From the NCBI GenBank assembly GCA_964587535.1, contig CAZPMA010000001.1, positions 13,153 to 77,152 of the forward strand: 64,000 nt of DNA. Reading direction: 5' to 3'. Below are positions 9,439-20,339 of this stretch, in pieces. A program made the translations under genes and the position numbers. The notes beneath the pieces are model-generated. The model did no database searches, was not told the origin of the DNA, and was given only the letters and a program-made list of their open reading frames with translations. This DNA comes from an uncultured Bacteroidales bacterium. Lineage in GTDB: Bacteria; Bacteroidota; Bacteroidia; Bacteroidales; UBA12077. Each line of letters begins with the position of its first letter. The stretch's first letter is position 1.

Positions 9439-10635
9439 TTAATATGAACTAAGAATTTCGTATTGAGCAATTTCGATATTCTTCTGCATCTTTGACAACA
9501 TTGTTAAGCCTATTATTAATGATGTTTTCCGAAATGATTGCTCATAAGTTAAACCTGTTAATATATTAAAATCAAGTAATGCATTTAAGGTTTCTTTCTG
9601 ATATTCATCTTTAGCTAGTTCCAGGGCATGTATTCTATATGCATTAAAATCATCTCGCAGCTTATAAGCGTTATCATCTTTTAACATGGCTTTGCCAAAT
9701 GCCCTAACATCATCTTTAAATTTTATTTCTCCGTTTTCGTCTACATTACTAGTTAATTCTGCTTTAATTGTTACAATTTGTTGATCGAGATTTAATGCTA
9801 GTTTATATAATTTTTCAATATTAGGCTCTAGTTCTTTATAATCTTCTTTTAGCTTTAAAGAATCAAGTAAGGAAATGTTCTGTTTTGTAAATTTCTGACT
9901 TACCTGGTTAGCAAGTTCATTCATATTGTCAAAATTATCAACAATGGTTTTAGATAACCGAGTTGTCGAAATCATAAAAATTACTCCAAAGCCAATAAAA
10001 ACGATTAATAATGTATAACCCACTCTTGCTTTTGTTTCACTGGCTTTTTTATAAGCGTTTACTAAATATAATGGCAAGAATAACAATATAAGTAAAAGCT
10101 CACCAATCAGTAAAGATTTTGCAGCTCCTGGCCAATGCATTACTTTAAATAAAACGCCAATCATTAAAAATGAAATAGTTAAATAACCTGTAATTGAAAG
10201 AAAAATGTTTTTGTTTTCTAATTGTTCTTTATACGATGTGTAAAAAAACAAAGGAAAAAATCCTAATATTGTTAACATGGTTCCTAAAGACAATAACATA
10301 CTTGCCGGTGGAATATGATACATTTTTAAAATAGCACCTAGCCATAAAAGTAATGCACTTAAGCTTCCTATAATTACCATTGATTTTTTCATAATCTGAA
10401 ATTTTAAATTAATTGATAACAAAGTTTGATGTTGAACTTTTTTGAAAGTTGAACTTTCAATGGAGTTCATTAGATTACTGTAAGCTTCTTTAAATGAAGT
10501 TTTTTCATTAATCTTTTCTTCGAGAGAACAGCAAATATGATCAACCATTTCGTCTAATAAGACATCCATGCTTATTCCTTTTTGCTGAACATCTTGATAA
10601 ATAAAAGCAATGTTTTCTTCAGTTAAAGTGTTCAT
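9439..10635 (-). CDS. PadR-coupled multi-pass membrane protein with a C-terminal soluble helical domain
   Basis: 4-nt overlap with the upstream PadR gene. N-terminal cytosolic helix bundle, about 6 TM segments, then a coiled-coil-like tail. Confidence 0.55.
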   Translation of the reverse strand: MNTLTEENIAFIYQDVQQKGISMDVLLDEMVDHICCSLEEKINEKTSFKEAYSNLMNSIESSTFKKVQHQTLLSINLKFQIMKKSMVIIGSLSALLLWLGAILKMYHIPPASMLLSLGTMLTILGFFPLFFYTSYKEQLENKNIFLSITGYLTISFLMIGVLFKVMHWPGAAKSLLIGELLLILLFLPLYLVNAYKKASETKARVGYTLLIVFIGFGVIFMISTTRLSKTIVDNFDNMNELANQVSQKFTKQNISLLDSLKLKEDYKELEPNIEKLYKLALNLDQQIVTIKAELTSNVDENGEIKFKDDVRAFGKAMLKDDNAYKLRDDFNAYRIHALELAKDEYQKETLNALLDFNILTGLTYEQSFRKTSLIIGLTMLSKMQKNIEIAQYEILSSY

Positions 10636-10970
10636 GCTAAAGATTGATTCGGATTTAAAACATAATTCATTACTCTAACGAATTCTATGTACTCATCAAG
10701 TTTATTGCTTGCCCAACTTTTACCATTCTTGGTTAGTATATAGTAAACTCGAACTCTTTTCCCAACATTTACCTTTTCCGTATGAACATAACCTTCGGTT
10801 TCTAGCTTATGCAATACCGGATATAAAGCCCCAAAAGTTAGCTTTATTTTTCCCTGTGATAGTTCTTCTACCTTCTGAGTAATCTCATATCCATACATTC
10901 TTGGATTGTCCGACAGTAATTTTAGAACTATGGTTTTCAAAGTACCTTTTAATAAATCATTTGAAATCAT
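10632..10970 (-). CDS. PadR-family transcriptional regulator
   Basis: LKGTLKTIVLKLLSD..MYGYEI...GALYPVLHKLETEGYV...YYILTKNGK. Confidence 0.88.
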   Translation of the reverse strand: MISNDLLKGTLKTIVLKLLSDNPRMYGYEITQKVEELSQGKIKLTFGALYPVLHKLETEGYVHTEKVNVGKRVRVYYILTKNGKSWASNKLDEYIEFVRVMNYVLNPNQSLA

Positions 10971-11321
10971 AATAGCTGTTAATTTGTTTGTAATTACAAT
11001 ACAAATATATATAAGAATATTATATATAGCAAAATTATATATAAGAAACTTATATAAAATTACAGATTATATTTTGTAAAGTGTTAATAACGTATATTTC
11101 TAATCACTATGATGGTTGAATTGCTTAACTAAAAAAAAAGGAACTTTTATATAGAACTTACGTAAAGTAAAAAGATAAACCATTTTCAGTTTCAATTGTT
11201 AATAACTAAAACTGTATTAATTTCTTTTATAAGGATATAATATTATTTTTGGGGATTTAAACCATCTAAATATATATATAATTATTAAAGTATTAACGTA
11301 TATTTAAAGGTAAGTGAGCGA

Positions 11322-12947
11322 ATGAAAAAGATTAATACTAACACATTACAGGCATTATTAGACAATAGCATCGAACAGTATGGTAATAAAAAAGCATTGT
11401 CTTATGTAAATGGGGAACCATTAACTTTTAATGATCTGAAAAATGAAGTTGATAAATTAAAACTTCAGTTAGCAAAATTAGGAATTAATAGGGGAGATAA
11501 AGTGGCTATTTTAAGTAGGAATATGCCAAACTGGGGAATAGCATTTTTTGCAATTGCCAGTTTGGGTGCTATTGCTGTTCCTTTGCTACCAGACTTTCAT
11601 GAGAACGAAATAAAAACCATTCTTGAGCATTCAGAAACAAAAGCGATTTTTGTATCTAAGTTGATGTATCCAAAAATAGAAGGTTTTATTGGTACATTAA
11701 TAGACACTATTTTATATACTGACGATTTATCAACTGTTAAGGGAAATGTTGTCGTTAAAAATCCAGTGGTTGACTATAAAGTAAAAGAATCTGATTTAGC
11801 TTCAATTATTTATACATCAGGTACAACAGGTAAGTCAAAAGGTGTAATGTTATCAAATAAAAATATTGTTTTTGATGCCATTCAGGTTTTATCTATTGAG
11901 CCTGTAAAATCCAGACATAGATTTTTATCTATCTTGCCATTATCTCATACTTATGAGAACACTTTGGGATTAGTAGTTCCAATAATGCAAGGTGCTACAG
12001 TATATTACCTTGAAAAACCACCTACAGCTGCGGCACTTTTACCGGCAATGAGTATGGTTAAGCCAACTCATATTTTAAGTGTGCCAATGGTTATTGAGAA
12101 AGTATACAGGAACAGTGTATTGCCTAAGTTTACCAAAAGTACGGTTATGGCTCTTATTTATAAAGTGCCTGTATTTAGAAAGGTATTAAACTTTTTAGCT
12201 GGTAAAAAATTAAAAAAGACTTTCGGTGGATGCTTGGAATTCTTTGGTGTAGGTGGAGCAGCATTAGATCCTGTCGTTGAAAAATTCTTGCGCGAAGCAA
12301 AATTTCCTTATGCAATTGGTTATGGATTAACAGAGTCAGCTCCGTTGTTATCTGGTGCAAACCCGCATATAGTAAAATATCGCGGAACAGGACCTGCTAT
12401 GCGTGGAGTAGAGTTGAAAATTAATAATCCTGATCCTGTAACTGGAGAAGGCGAAGTATGGGCAAAAGGCGATAACATTATGCAAGGTTATTACAAAGAA
12501 CCTGAACTAACAAAAGAATTACTTACAGAAGATGGATGGCTAAAAACTGGCGACCTGGGTTATTTCGATAAGGATAATTTCTTGTTCTTAAAAGGACGTA
12601 GTAAAAATATGATTGTTGGAGCAAGTGGCGAGAATATTTATCCAGAAGAAATTGAAGCTGTTATCAATAATTTTAAATATGTTCTTGAATCTGTTGTGAT
12701 TGAAAAGAAAGGAAAGCTAGTTGCATTGGTGCATTTTAACTACGAAGAGCTAGAAAAACAATTCCAGCATCTTAAAGATGAAGCCATGAATTTTGCAAAA
12801 AGTAAAGCAGAAGAATTAAAACTTGAACTGCAAGATTATGTAAATGCTAGGGTAAATAAATTTTCAAAAATCTATGATGTTGTGCCACAGTTAATCCCCT
12901 TTGAAAAAACAGCTACTCAAAAAATTAAAAGATATTTATACTGTTAG
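11322..12947 (+). CDS. AMP-dependent synthetase/ligase (long-chain fatty-acid-CoA ligase-like)
   Basis: AMP-binding motif IYTSGTTGKSKGVMLS, plus GYGLTE and TGDLGYFD. Confidence 0.85.
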   Translation: MKKINTNTLQALLDNSIEQYGNKKALSYVNGEPLTFNDLKNEVDKLKLQLAKLGINRGDKVAILSRNMPNWGIAFFAIASLGAIAVPLLPDFHENEIKTILEHSETKAIFVSKLMYPKIEGFIGTLIDTILYTDDLSTVKGNVVVKNPVVDYKVKESDLASIIYTSGTTGKSKGVMLSNKNIVFDAIQVLSIEPVKSRHRFLSILPLSHTYENTLGLVVPIMQGATVYYLEKPPTAAALLPAMSMVKPTHILSVPMVIEKVYRNSVLPKFTKSTVMALIYKVPVFRKVLNFLAGKKLKKTFGGCLEFFGVGGAALDPVVEKFLREAKFPYAIGYGLTESAPLLSGANPHIVKYRGTGPAMRGVELKINNPDPVTGEGEVWAKGDNIMQGYYKEPELTKELLTEDGWLKTGDLGYFDKDNFLFLKGRSKNMIVGASGENIYPEEIEAVINNFKYVLESVVIEKKGKLVALVHFNYEELEKQFQHLKDEAMNFAKSKAEELKLELQDYVNARVNKFSKIYDVVPQLIPFEKTATQKIKRYLYC

Positions 12948-13635
12948 AAGAGTTATTGTAAAAATCTAAAGCAATTTTAGAATAAGAATATTGATTTGTT
13001 CCCTTATGGATTCCATAAGGGAATATTTTCATTTTAGACCATTTTGTAATTTCACTTTTAGATGCCAAAAAATCAGAGTTGTATGCTGCCGAGTAAAATG
13101 TTAATCTCTCTGTAGTGTTTATCCACTTTTCGTTTTTAAATCGGATAGATATGTATTGATAAAAACAATTTAGGTAACACAACTGCCATTTAAGTTCTTT
13201 TAGGCGCTGAATTCTTTCTTTGCGAATCTCTTTTTTATCAGTCTTGCTATACTCTACTAGTGCTTCAAATCTAGTTTTTAGGTGGTTGTTATTTAATATC
13301 TCACACTCCAACTTTTCGATAAAGGAAGGTTTCATTTGAAAATATCCTATTGAAAAATCAGCACCATCCGTTCCATAATTAACATATAACAATTCAAGGG
13401 TAGCAGTTTCAATAATATCTTTATATGCAGAATATTTTAACAGCTCAGGAAAAATGATTGCAATTTTTTCTTTTATGAGATCTTTGTCACTTCCCAGTTC
13501 TTCTATAATTAGTTCATTATGATTGTTAATAAACCCTATTGCATCTTCATACGAATCTGAAAATAAATTCTCCTTACGTTCTTCGAATGAGCAAATAAAA
13601 ATTATTATAAATAATATTGATATGAGTGATTTCAT
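12925..13635 (-). CDS. Hypothetical secreted protein
   Basis: N-terminal signal-like MKSLISILFIIIFICS. No family recognised. Confidence 0.45.
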   Translation of the reverse strand: MKSLISILFIIIFICSFEERKENLFSDSYEDAIGFINNHNELIIEELGSDKDLIKEKIAIIFPELLKYSAYKDIIETATLELLYVNYGTDGADFSIGYFQMKPSFIEKLECEILNNNHLKTRFEALVEYSKTDKKEIRKERIQRLKELKWQLCYLNCFYQYISIRFKNEKWINTTERLTFYSAAYNSDFLASKSEITKWSKMKIFPYGIHKGTNQYSYSKIALDFYNNSSNSINIF

Positions 13636-13706
13636 TTAATTACTTAATTATTTATAAATTTAAATAAATGCTTGACAATTGTAAACCAATTGAGTAATTT
13701 ATTTGA

Positions 13707-14399
13707 ATGAGATATTGTATTGGAGATATTCATGGTTGTTATAAAACGTTTAAAAAGCTGGTAGATCAGATCTTAAAAGTTGATAATGAAGCTAAATTTT
13801 ATTTGGTGGGTGATCTTATTGATCGAGGTCCGGCAACAAAAAGGGTTTTGGATTATTCTATACAGCTTTTATCAGCAAATACGATAGTAGGTATTGTAAA
13901 AGGGAATCACGAACAAATGCTTGTGGATGCATACGAGAAGAATTGTACCTTACAGGATTCTATGTGGTATGCAAATAAAGCAAATACAACAGTTAAAGAG
14001 TTCGATAAGTCATTCTCTGATAATCAGAAAGTAAATGAATTAATTCCCCAAGAGTATTATTTGTTTTTTAAAAAATTGCCTTATTATATTGAACTTGAAG
14101 ATTATTTTATTGTACATGCAGGTTTTAATCTTAGTTCAGATTTGGCATTTACAGATTACCAGTCCATGATATGGATAAGAGATATGCTTTATGACCATAT
14201 TATTCTAAAAGAAAAGAAAGTGATACATGGACATACACCAATCTTAGTTGAGAATTGTGAACAACAAATTAAGCAAAATAAGATAATTAATATTGATACA
14301 GGATGCGTTTTTACTCAATATAAAGGTTTTGGGTTCTTATCGGCTCTAAACATAGACACTATGGAACTTATTAGTATATATAATGTCGATATTTTATAG
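13707..14399 (+). CDS. Metallophosphoesterase (PPP-family Ser/Thr phosphatase / ApaH-like)
   Basis: GDIHGC, GDLIDRGP, GNHE and HGHT motifs. Confidence 0.85.
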   Translation: MRYCIGDIHGCYKTFKKLVDQILKVDNEAKFYLVGDLIDRGPATKRVLDYSIQLLSANTIVGIVKGNHEQMLVDAYEKNCTLQDSMWYANKANTTVKEFDKSFSDNQKVNELIPQEYYLFFKKLPYYIELEDYFIVHAGFNLSSDLAFTDYQSMIWIRDMLYDHIILKEKKVIHGHTPILVENCEQQIKQNKIINIDTGCVFTQYKGFGFLSALNIDTMELISIYNVDIL

Positions 14400-14426
14400 T
14401 ATATTTAAAAAAAAGATATTTAAGTT

Positions 14427-14669
14427 ATGACAGAAAATGATGATATAAAGTTGCTTTTTACTGGATCTGAGATAGATGCTGGTGTTTTAAAGGATTTTTT
14501 AGAAGACAATGGTGTGGGATGTATTTTAAGAAATGATATGAACTCAGCTAAAGCAGCAGGTTTTGGAGTTAGTTTTGGCTCAGAAGCTAAAGTGCTGGTT
14601 ATGGAAAAAGACTATGAAAAAGCGAAAGAGCTATTAGCAGAATTTTTAAACTCTTTTGAAAAAGACTAA
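14427..14669 (+). CDS. DUF2007-like small protein (putative signal-transducing fold)
   Basis: Size and pattern match: ...EIDAGVLKDFLEDNGVGCILRND... Confidence 0.55.
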   Translation: MTENDDIKLLFTGSEIDAGVLKDFLEDNGVGCILRNDMNSAKAAGFGVSFGSEAKVLVMEKDYEKAKELLAEFLNSFEKD

Positions 14670-15433
14670 ATGTTTACATAATCTCTTTTGCGATTTGTAA
14701 ACCTTGCTATTCTTGTATATCCGATCTTTTTTAAAAGGCTTATTGCTTCATTAAAGTAACGAGCCAGATCTTCTGTTTTATGTGTATCTGAACCTAATGT
14801 TACAGGAATATCATGTTGAAAAAGAATTTGTAAGAATGGTTCAGAAGGATAAAACTCATTACACCGTTTATCCAAACCACTAGTGTTAAGTTCAAAAGCT
14901 ACATCCGATTCTTTTAAAACTTTTGCCGTTTGTTGATATAATGTATTAAGATCAAAAGAAGGATAATAGTTAAATTTTTTTGCTAAATCAATATGCCCAA
15001 TTATGTCAAACAGGCCTGATTGTGCTGCCTTATTTATAAGTGAAAAGTAATCAAGATAAAACTGATCAATGTCTAGTTTTTTAAACATCTTTTTATTTGT
15101 ATCAAAATTCCAGTTTTTTATGTAATGAATAGAACCTATTGTATAATCTAATGGTAATTTATCAATAATTTCAGCAATTTCGTCTTTTTTATCATCTAAA
15201 TAATCAACTTCAAAACCAAATTTAACAATTATGTCTTTTTCATTTTTTAATAAGATTATCTTGTTTGCAATAGACTCTATATCATTTAATCCAATTGCCC
15301 AATTAGGAAAGTTTAAACATAAATGATCAGAAAATCCTATTTCTGTTAAGTTCAATTCTTTTGCCGACCTGATTATTTCCTCATGTGAATTTTTGCCGTC
15401 AGAGAAATTTGTATGTATATGATAATCGATCAT
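14666..15433 (-). CDS. PHP-domain histidinol-phosphatase family protein
   Basis: MIDYHIHTNFSDG, internal His motifs, and GSDTH near the C-terminus. Confidence 0.8.
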   Translation of the reverse strand: MIDYHIHTNFSDGKNSHEEIIRSAKELNLTEIGFSDHLCLNFPNWAIGLNDIESIANKIILLKNEKDIIVKFGFEVDYLDDKKDEIAEIIDKLPLDYTIGSIHYIKNWNFDTNKKMFKKLDIDQFYLDYFSLINKAAQSGLFDIIGHIDLAKKFNYYPSFDLNTLYQQTAKVLKESDVAFELNTSGLDKRCNEFYPSEPFLQILFQHDIPVTLGSDTHKTEDLARYFNEAISLLKKIGYTRIARFTNRKRDYVNI

Positions 15434-15558
15434 AAATATTCAATTAGAATGAATAAATATAAGTTAATATTTTCCTATTTTTTAAACATCTAACAAATTT
15501 GGGATTTAATTAAACAAAAAGTGAATCTTCTTGTTTAATCATTGAAACTTTAAGTAAG

Positions 15559-16014
15559 ATGTATAAGTTACAACAAATACAGCATATACCGGTTGATATA
15601 AATGAAGCTTGGAATTTTTTTTCATCACCAGATAATTTAAAGTTAATTACACCGGAGTATATGAACTTTAAAATATTAAACAGATCCGATGTTGGTGATA
15701 TGTATCCTGGTATGATTATAACTTATACAATTAGTCCACTATTTAACCTTTCGATTAAGTGGGCAACTGAGATAACTCAGTTAAAAGATCATAAGTATTT
15801 TATTGATAACCAGATAAAAGGGCCTTATAAAATATGGCATCATGAACATCATTTTAAGGAAACAGATAAAGGTGTTGAAATGCGTGATGTACTATTTTAC
15901 GAATTGTCATATGGTTTTTTAGGAAAATTGGTTTATAAGTTATTTGTAAAGAAAAGGGTAGAAGAAATATTCAATTATAGGTATAAGAAAATAAAAGAGC
16001 TTTTTAATAATTAA
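15559..16014 (+). CDS. SRPBCC (cyclase/dehydrase-like) ligand-binding protein
   Basis: Size and the AWNFFSSPDNLKLITP... pattern. Confidence 0.6.
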   Translation: MYKLQQIQHIPVDINEAWNFFSSPDNLKLITPEYMNFKILNRSDVGDMYPGMIITYTISPLFNLSIKWATEITQLKDHKYFIDNQIKGPYKIWHHEHHFKETDKGVEMRDVLFYELSYGFLGKLVYKLFVKKRVEEIFNYRYKKIKELFNN

Positions 16015-16028
16015 AAAGCTCTTTTTTC
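15993..16028. terminator. Terminator hairpin overlapping the stop codon
   Basis: 13-bp stem aaaagagcttttt/aaaaagctctttt followed by T residues. Confidence 0.7.
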
Positions 16029-16056
16029 AAAATCAAAATTACCTAATTTAAATACA

Positions 16057-16560
16057 CTATTGAAAATCTTTTAAACTATCCATTAGTTTCTTCCTTGTAA
16101 AGAAAATTCTACTTTTAACGGTACCTATTTTAAGATCTAATTCATCAGCAATTTCTTTGTATTTGTATCCCGATAAAAACATATTGAAAGGTTGTTTAAA
16201 TTCTTCTGGTAAACTTTCAATTTGTTTGGTTATCTCATATGTCGAATACTGATTGTCAGGTCTTTCAGGAGAAAAATCTCTTGTTAAATTAATAAAATAC
16301 TGATTTTTAGTAGTATCATTATGAGTATTCTCCTTTTGCTGTTTACGATAGTTATTAATAAAAGTATTTTTCATTATCGTAAAAGCCCAGGCTTTTAAGT
16401 TAGTATAGCCAATAAATTTATCTCTATTAGCTAAAGCTTTTAAGTAGGTTTCTTGTAAGAGATCCTGAGCTTCTTCTTTATTTAAAGTTAAACTCATCGC
16501 GAATCTTGAAAGTTTAGTTTCTAAACTTATTAATTGATGATTAAATTCTACTGCTGTCAT
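16057..16560 (-). CDS. ECF-type RNA polymerase sigma factor (start taken at ATG 16560; the listed ORF extends to 16620)
   Basis: Region 2 (AQDLLQETYLKA...AWAFTIMKNTFINNYRK) and region 4 (YKEIADELDLKIGTVKSRIFFTRKKL). Confidence 0.85.
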   Translation of the reverse strand: MTAVEFNHQLISLETKLSRFAMSLTLNKEEAQDLLQETYLKALANRDKFIGYTNLKAWAFTIMKNTFINNYRKQQKENTHNDTTKNQYFINLTRDFSPERPDNQYSTYEITKQIESLPEEFKQPFNMFLSGYKYKEIADELDLKIGTVKSRIFFTRKKLMDSLKDFQ

Positions 16561-16847
16561 AGTTGTAAGTTTTAAACAAATTGTTAAACAAATATACAAC
16601 ACAAAAAGGGCAAAATGCAAATTTTAACATGCTGAAAAGTGCTAAAAACAGGGGTGTTCTAAATAATAAAAGATGCTGCAGTCTTTATTAAATAAGGTAA
16701 AGAAATACTTAAAAGCATATAAATTCTAAATTAAAAAAACATGTATTTTTTTGTTAAACATTAACTTTTATTCAATAGACAATGCTTAAACAAAAAATCC
16801 TGCTCAAACTGAAGCAGGACAGGCTATTTAGAATAATTCTAAAGAAT

Positions 16848-17729
16848 TTATAAATTTTTTAGAATAGCGTTAAACTCTAATGGTGATGATACTTTGCTAA
16901 TATTTGATGGTAATTTAATACTGTCCTCTATAATTTGCAATCCTGTAACATATATTTTTTGATTTGAGAAAGTATTTGAAAGCTTTTTAAAATAATCTGA
17001 AATATCTTCTTTGATCATCGAAGTTGTTAAGGAAGTAAATAAATAATCAGGTTTAACCATATTAACTGTTTCCACCAAATCGTTAAAGGGCACTGAATTT
17101 CCCAAATAATAAACTCGTTTTCCCGATTTCTTTATGATATAATAATAAAAGAGTAAAGCCAGTTCATGAAATTCACCTTCGGGTAAGAATAGTACAAAAC
17201 TTTCAACATCTGTTTTATCAGTAACTAAAATATTATCAATAGCAACAAGTAATTTTTGTCTAAACAAATTCGAAACAAAATGCTCGTGTGCTGGATTAAT
17301 GGCTCCGGTTTGCCACATTAAACCTATACGTTTAAAGAAAGGAAAAATAATTTTAAGAACGCTATTCTCAAATCCTTCATGCATTATATATCTTGACAAA
17401 ACACGATCAAATTTATATTCATCCAGGTCTACCATTGCAAGAATTAAATTTTCAATATTACTTTCCGTATCCGATAGATTTGAAGAATACTGCATCACTT
17501 TTTCAGACATTTCATTGTCATTGAGTTTTGCAATATTTGAAATACGCATACCATATTTATTTAATATTGCAATATTTAAAAGTCTTTTTAAATCTTCATC
17601 GCAATAATATCTGATGTTTGTTTCTGTTCGGGCGGGCTTAATTATTCCATATCTTTTTTCCCAGATACGTATGGTGTGTGCCTTTATGCCTGATAAGTTT
17701 TCTAATTCTTTTATTGAATAACTAGCCAT
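16848..17729 (-). CDS. MerR-family regulator with a C-terminal cobalamin-binding-like domain (CarH/LitR-like)
   Basis: MerR HTH YSIKELENLSGIKAHTIRIWEKRYG. C-terminal Rossmann-like part with EFHELA in place of the ExHxxG motif. Confidence 0.65.
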   Translation of the reverse strand: MASYSIKELENLSGIKAHTIRIWEKRYGIIKPARTETNIRYYCDEDLKRLLNIAILNKYGMRISNIAKLNDNEMSEKVMQYSSNLSDTESNIENLILAMVDLDEYKFDRVLSRYIMHEGFENSVLKIIFPFFKRIGLMWQTGAINPAHEHFVSNLFRQKLLVAIDNILVTDKTDVESFVLFLPEGEFHELALLFYYYIIKKSGKRVYYLGNSVPFNDLVETVNMVKPDYLFTSLTTSMIKEDISDYFKKLSNTFSNQKIYVTGLQIIEDSIKLPSNISKVSSPLEFNAILKNL

Positions 17730-17900
17730 AAATTTTTTGTGTAATTAATAAATTATACTGGTTAAACAACTATTATTGTTAATAGTTCAAAAAAATACAA
17801 TTTTATACTTGTTTATTAATAAATATCAAAAACTGAACAAATAAAATACCTTTTTGTTTAAAAGACAATATAATATATAATATTTTATCTTTGTTTTAGT

Positions 17901-18818
17901 ATGAAAGTATTAATTTTTGGATCAACGGGTTTTGTTGGAAAAGAATTGGTTGAATATTTAATATCGGCTAACTATTTAGTGCAAGTTATTTCTCGAAATT
18001 CATCTAAGCCTGAAGCTATTTTCGGTTCAATGGTTAAAATCATTAATTGGAATTTTAAAGATGTTGAAGAATTAACTAAAATAGTTGAAGATACAGATGT
18101 CATAATAAATTTAGCTGGAGAAAACATTTCATCCAGATTATGGACTAAGCCTCAGAAAAGAAAGATATTAAACAGTAGAGTTTTTATAACAGAATTGATC
18201 TCAAAGGCAATTGAAAAAGCAAATAGGAAGCCAAGACAAGTAATACAGGCATCTGCGATTGGATATTATGGATGTGATATCAATAAAATTTGTGATGAAA
18301 ACTGTGTGAAAGGGCAGGGGTTTTTAGCCGATGTTTGCGAACATTGGGAAAGTGCATTAAAAGTAGAAACGGAAATTATAAGAACTATTGTAAGGTTTGG
18401 TGTTGTTTTAGGATCGGAAGGAGGAATGTTGCCAAAAATTATTAATCCAATAAAATTGTATTTAGGAAGTAATTTTGGGAAGGGAAATAATTATATTTCA
18501 TGGATTCATATTGAAGATGTTGTTAAAGTAATTGGTTTTCTAATTGCTAATAATAAGGAAGGAATCTATAACTTAACTTCTCCTGAACCAGTTTTATCTG
18601 GAGAACTCAATAAAGGAATTGCCAGGCAACTAAACAGACCTGTTTTATTTAATGTTCCAAAGTGGATGTTAAGGCTGTTTTTTGGCGAAATGGCTAATGA
18701 ACTGCTATTGGCTAATCAAAAGGTATATCCTCAAAAATTAATTGAAAGCGGGTACGATTTTAAGCATAAAAATATAGAGAATGCATTAAGAGCAAGCATA
18801 AAAAAAGGCCGCAAATAG
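17901..18818 (+). CDS. TIGR01777/YfcH-like NAD-dependent epimerase family protein
   Basis: N-terminal GSTGFVG and a DUF1731-like C-terminus (QKVYPQKLIESGYDFKH). Confidence 0.8.
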   Translation: MKVLIFGSTGFVGKELVEYLISANYLVQVISRNSSKPEAIFGSMVKIINWNFKDVEELTKIVEDTDVIINLAGENISSRLWTKPQKRKILNSRVFITELISKAIEKANRKPRQVIQASAIGYYGCDINKICDENCVKGQGFLADVCEHWESALKVETEIIRTIVRFGVVLGSEGGMLPKIINPIKLYLGSNFGKGNNYISWIHIEDVVKVIGFLIANNKEGIYNLTSPEPVLSGELNKGIARQLNRPVLFNVPKWMLRLFFGEMANELLLANQKVYPQKLIESGYDFKHKNIENALRASIKKGRK

Positions 18819-18845
18819 CAGCCTTTAATTTTTATATATCGCTTA

Positions 18846-20036
18846 TTAGATAGTTCCAATTGGATCAGCATTTCCATCAGGATCTCCATTAACATAACCA
18901 TCTGTTCTTGGACTTCCATTTGTCATAAGTAAAATACCACACATATGTGGAGCAGCCATTGAAGTACCACTCATTGTAGTGTAACCACCACCTTTTGCAG
19001 TTGAATAAATATTATATCCTGGTTCGCAATAATCTACAGGTGGGTTGCCATAGTTAGAGAAATATGCCCAGTTATCGTTGATATCCATTGCAGAAATTGT
19101 CCAAATTCTAGGACCGTTTACTCTTGCTGGAGAGTGGTTGTTTGCATCGTCACTTTCGTTACCGGCAGCTAGTGCAAAATAAATACCTTGTTGAGAAGCA
19201 GCATAAACGGCATCATCAATTGCTTGATATGCACCACCACCTAGACTCATATTAGCAGCATCCCCGGCATTTGCATTTGCAACCACATAGTCGATACCAG
19301 AAATAATTCCTGAGTATGCACCACTGCCTCTTCTGTCAAGAACTTTTACAGGAACTACTGTAGCTCCGGCAGCAACACCTACAACACCAATTTCGTTATC
19401 AATAGCAGCAACTGTTCCAGCACAATGCGTACCGTGTCCGTTATCATCGTCAGCGCTTTTACTACGTACGAATGTAACACCTCTTGCAGCATCTACATTT
19501 AAGTCTGGATGATCAAAATCAATACCTGTATCGATAATCCATGCAGTTTTACCAACACCATTTCCATATCCTACACGTGCAATTCCCCAAGGAATTTCTT
19601 GTGCACTTGGTTCTGGATCAGGATCAGGAGTTGGAACAGGCTTTTTCATAATATACATTCTGTCAGGAAGAATATATTTCACTCTTTTATCGCCTTTTAA
19701 ATGCAAAACATCTTCGGCAGACATTTTTGCACTAAAACCTACTAAGGCAGCTGCATAAGTTTTTTCAACCTGAGCACTTGTAGATGTAGCAACCATTGAC
19801 ATTGCTAAGGTTTTTACTTCATTTAATTTTTCATTATAATCTACTGCTGCAGATTTAAATGAACCGTCGTTTAAAACAACTACATACTGTCCTTCAATAA
19901 TTGGACTTTCTTCAGAATCAGCTAAAACTAAATTGTCCTTCTCAATCGTTACATCTTTAGTAACATCTTCTTTGTTACAAGCAGTTAATACTACTGCACC
20001 TATTGCAACAACTGACAATAATCTTCTAAATTTCAT
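18846..20036 (-). CDS. S8 (subtilisin) serine peptidase lipoprotein with an N-terminal I9-like propeptide
   Basis: Lipobox LTAC. Catalytic triad contexts DTGID, HGTHCAGT and GTSMAAPH. Confidence 0.9.
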   Translation of the reverse strand: MKFRRLLSVVAIGAVVLTACNKEDVTKDVTIEKDNLVLADSEESPIIEGQYVVVLNDGSFKSAAVDYNEKLNEVKTLAMSMVATSTSAQVEKTYAAALVGFSAKMSAEDVLHLKGDKRVKYILPDRMYIMKKPVPTPDPDPEPSAQEIPWGIARVGYGNGVGKTAWIIDTGIDFDHPDLNVDAARGVTFVRSKSADDDNGHGTHCAGTVAAIDNEIGVVGVAAGATVVPVKVLDRRGSGAYSGIISGIDYVVANANAGDAANMSLGGGAYQAIDDAVYAASQQGIYFALAAGNESDDANNHSPARVNGPRIWTISAMDINDNWAYFSNYGNPPVDYCEPGYNIYSTAKGGGYTTMSGTSMAAPHMCGILLMTNGSPRTDGYVNGDPDGNADPIGTI

Positions 20037-20287
20037 AATGAGTATTTTTAGTTAATAAATTTTAAGTTGTATACAATAAGTGAATAAAATATGAAAAAAC
20101 CAAGATATGTTCATAATTATGTATGCTTATTCAGCTCAAAATACGTTATTTTCACATTTATTAGATACATATTTACAATTAGTTATATGCTAAATTAGAA
20201 TGAATATAAACTAGGTTAATATTGAAACTTTTTTTTAATATTTTTCGTTATCCGTTTTTTTTAATAAAATACATGGTGTGAGTAAAT

Positions 20288-20321
20288 AAAAAAAGCTGCT
20301 TAATTAGGCAGCTTTTTTTTT
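20288..20321. terminator. Bidirectional intrinsic terminator (serves ppiD)
   Basis: A-run, stem agctgc/gcagct, then a 9-nt T-run. Confidence 0.75.
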
Positions 20322-20339
20322 GTATTAAAATTTATTATT

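Noticed and set aside
18731-18919. 62-aa ORF (-) bridging the epimerase 3' end and the S8 peptidase 3' end
   Set aside because: It overlaps two well-supported genes and is in a different frame from the peptidase.
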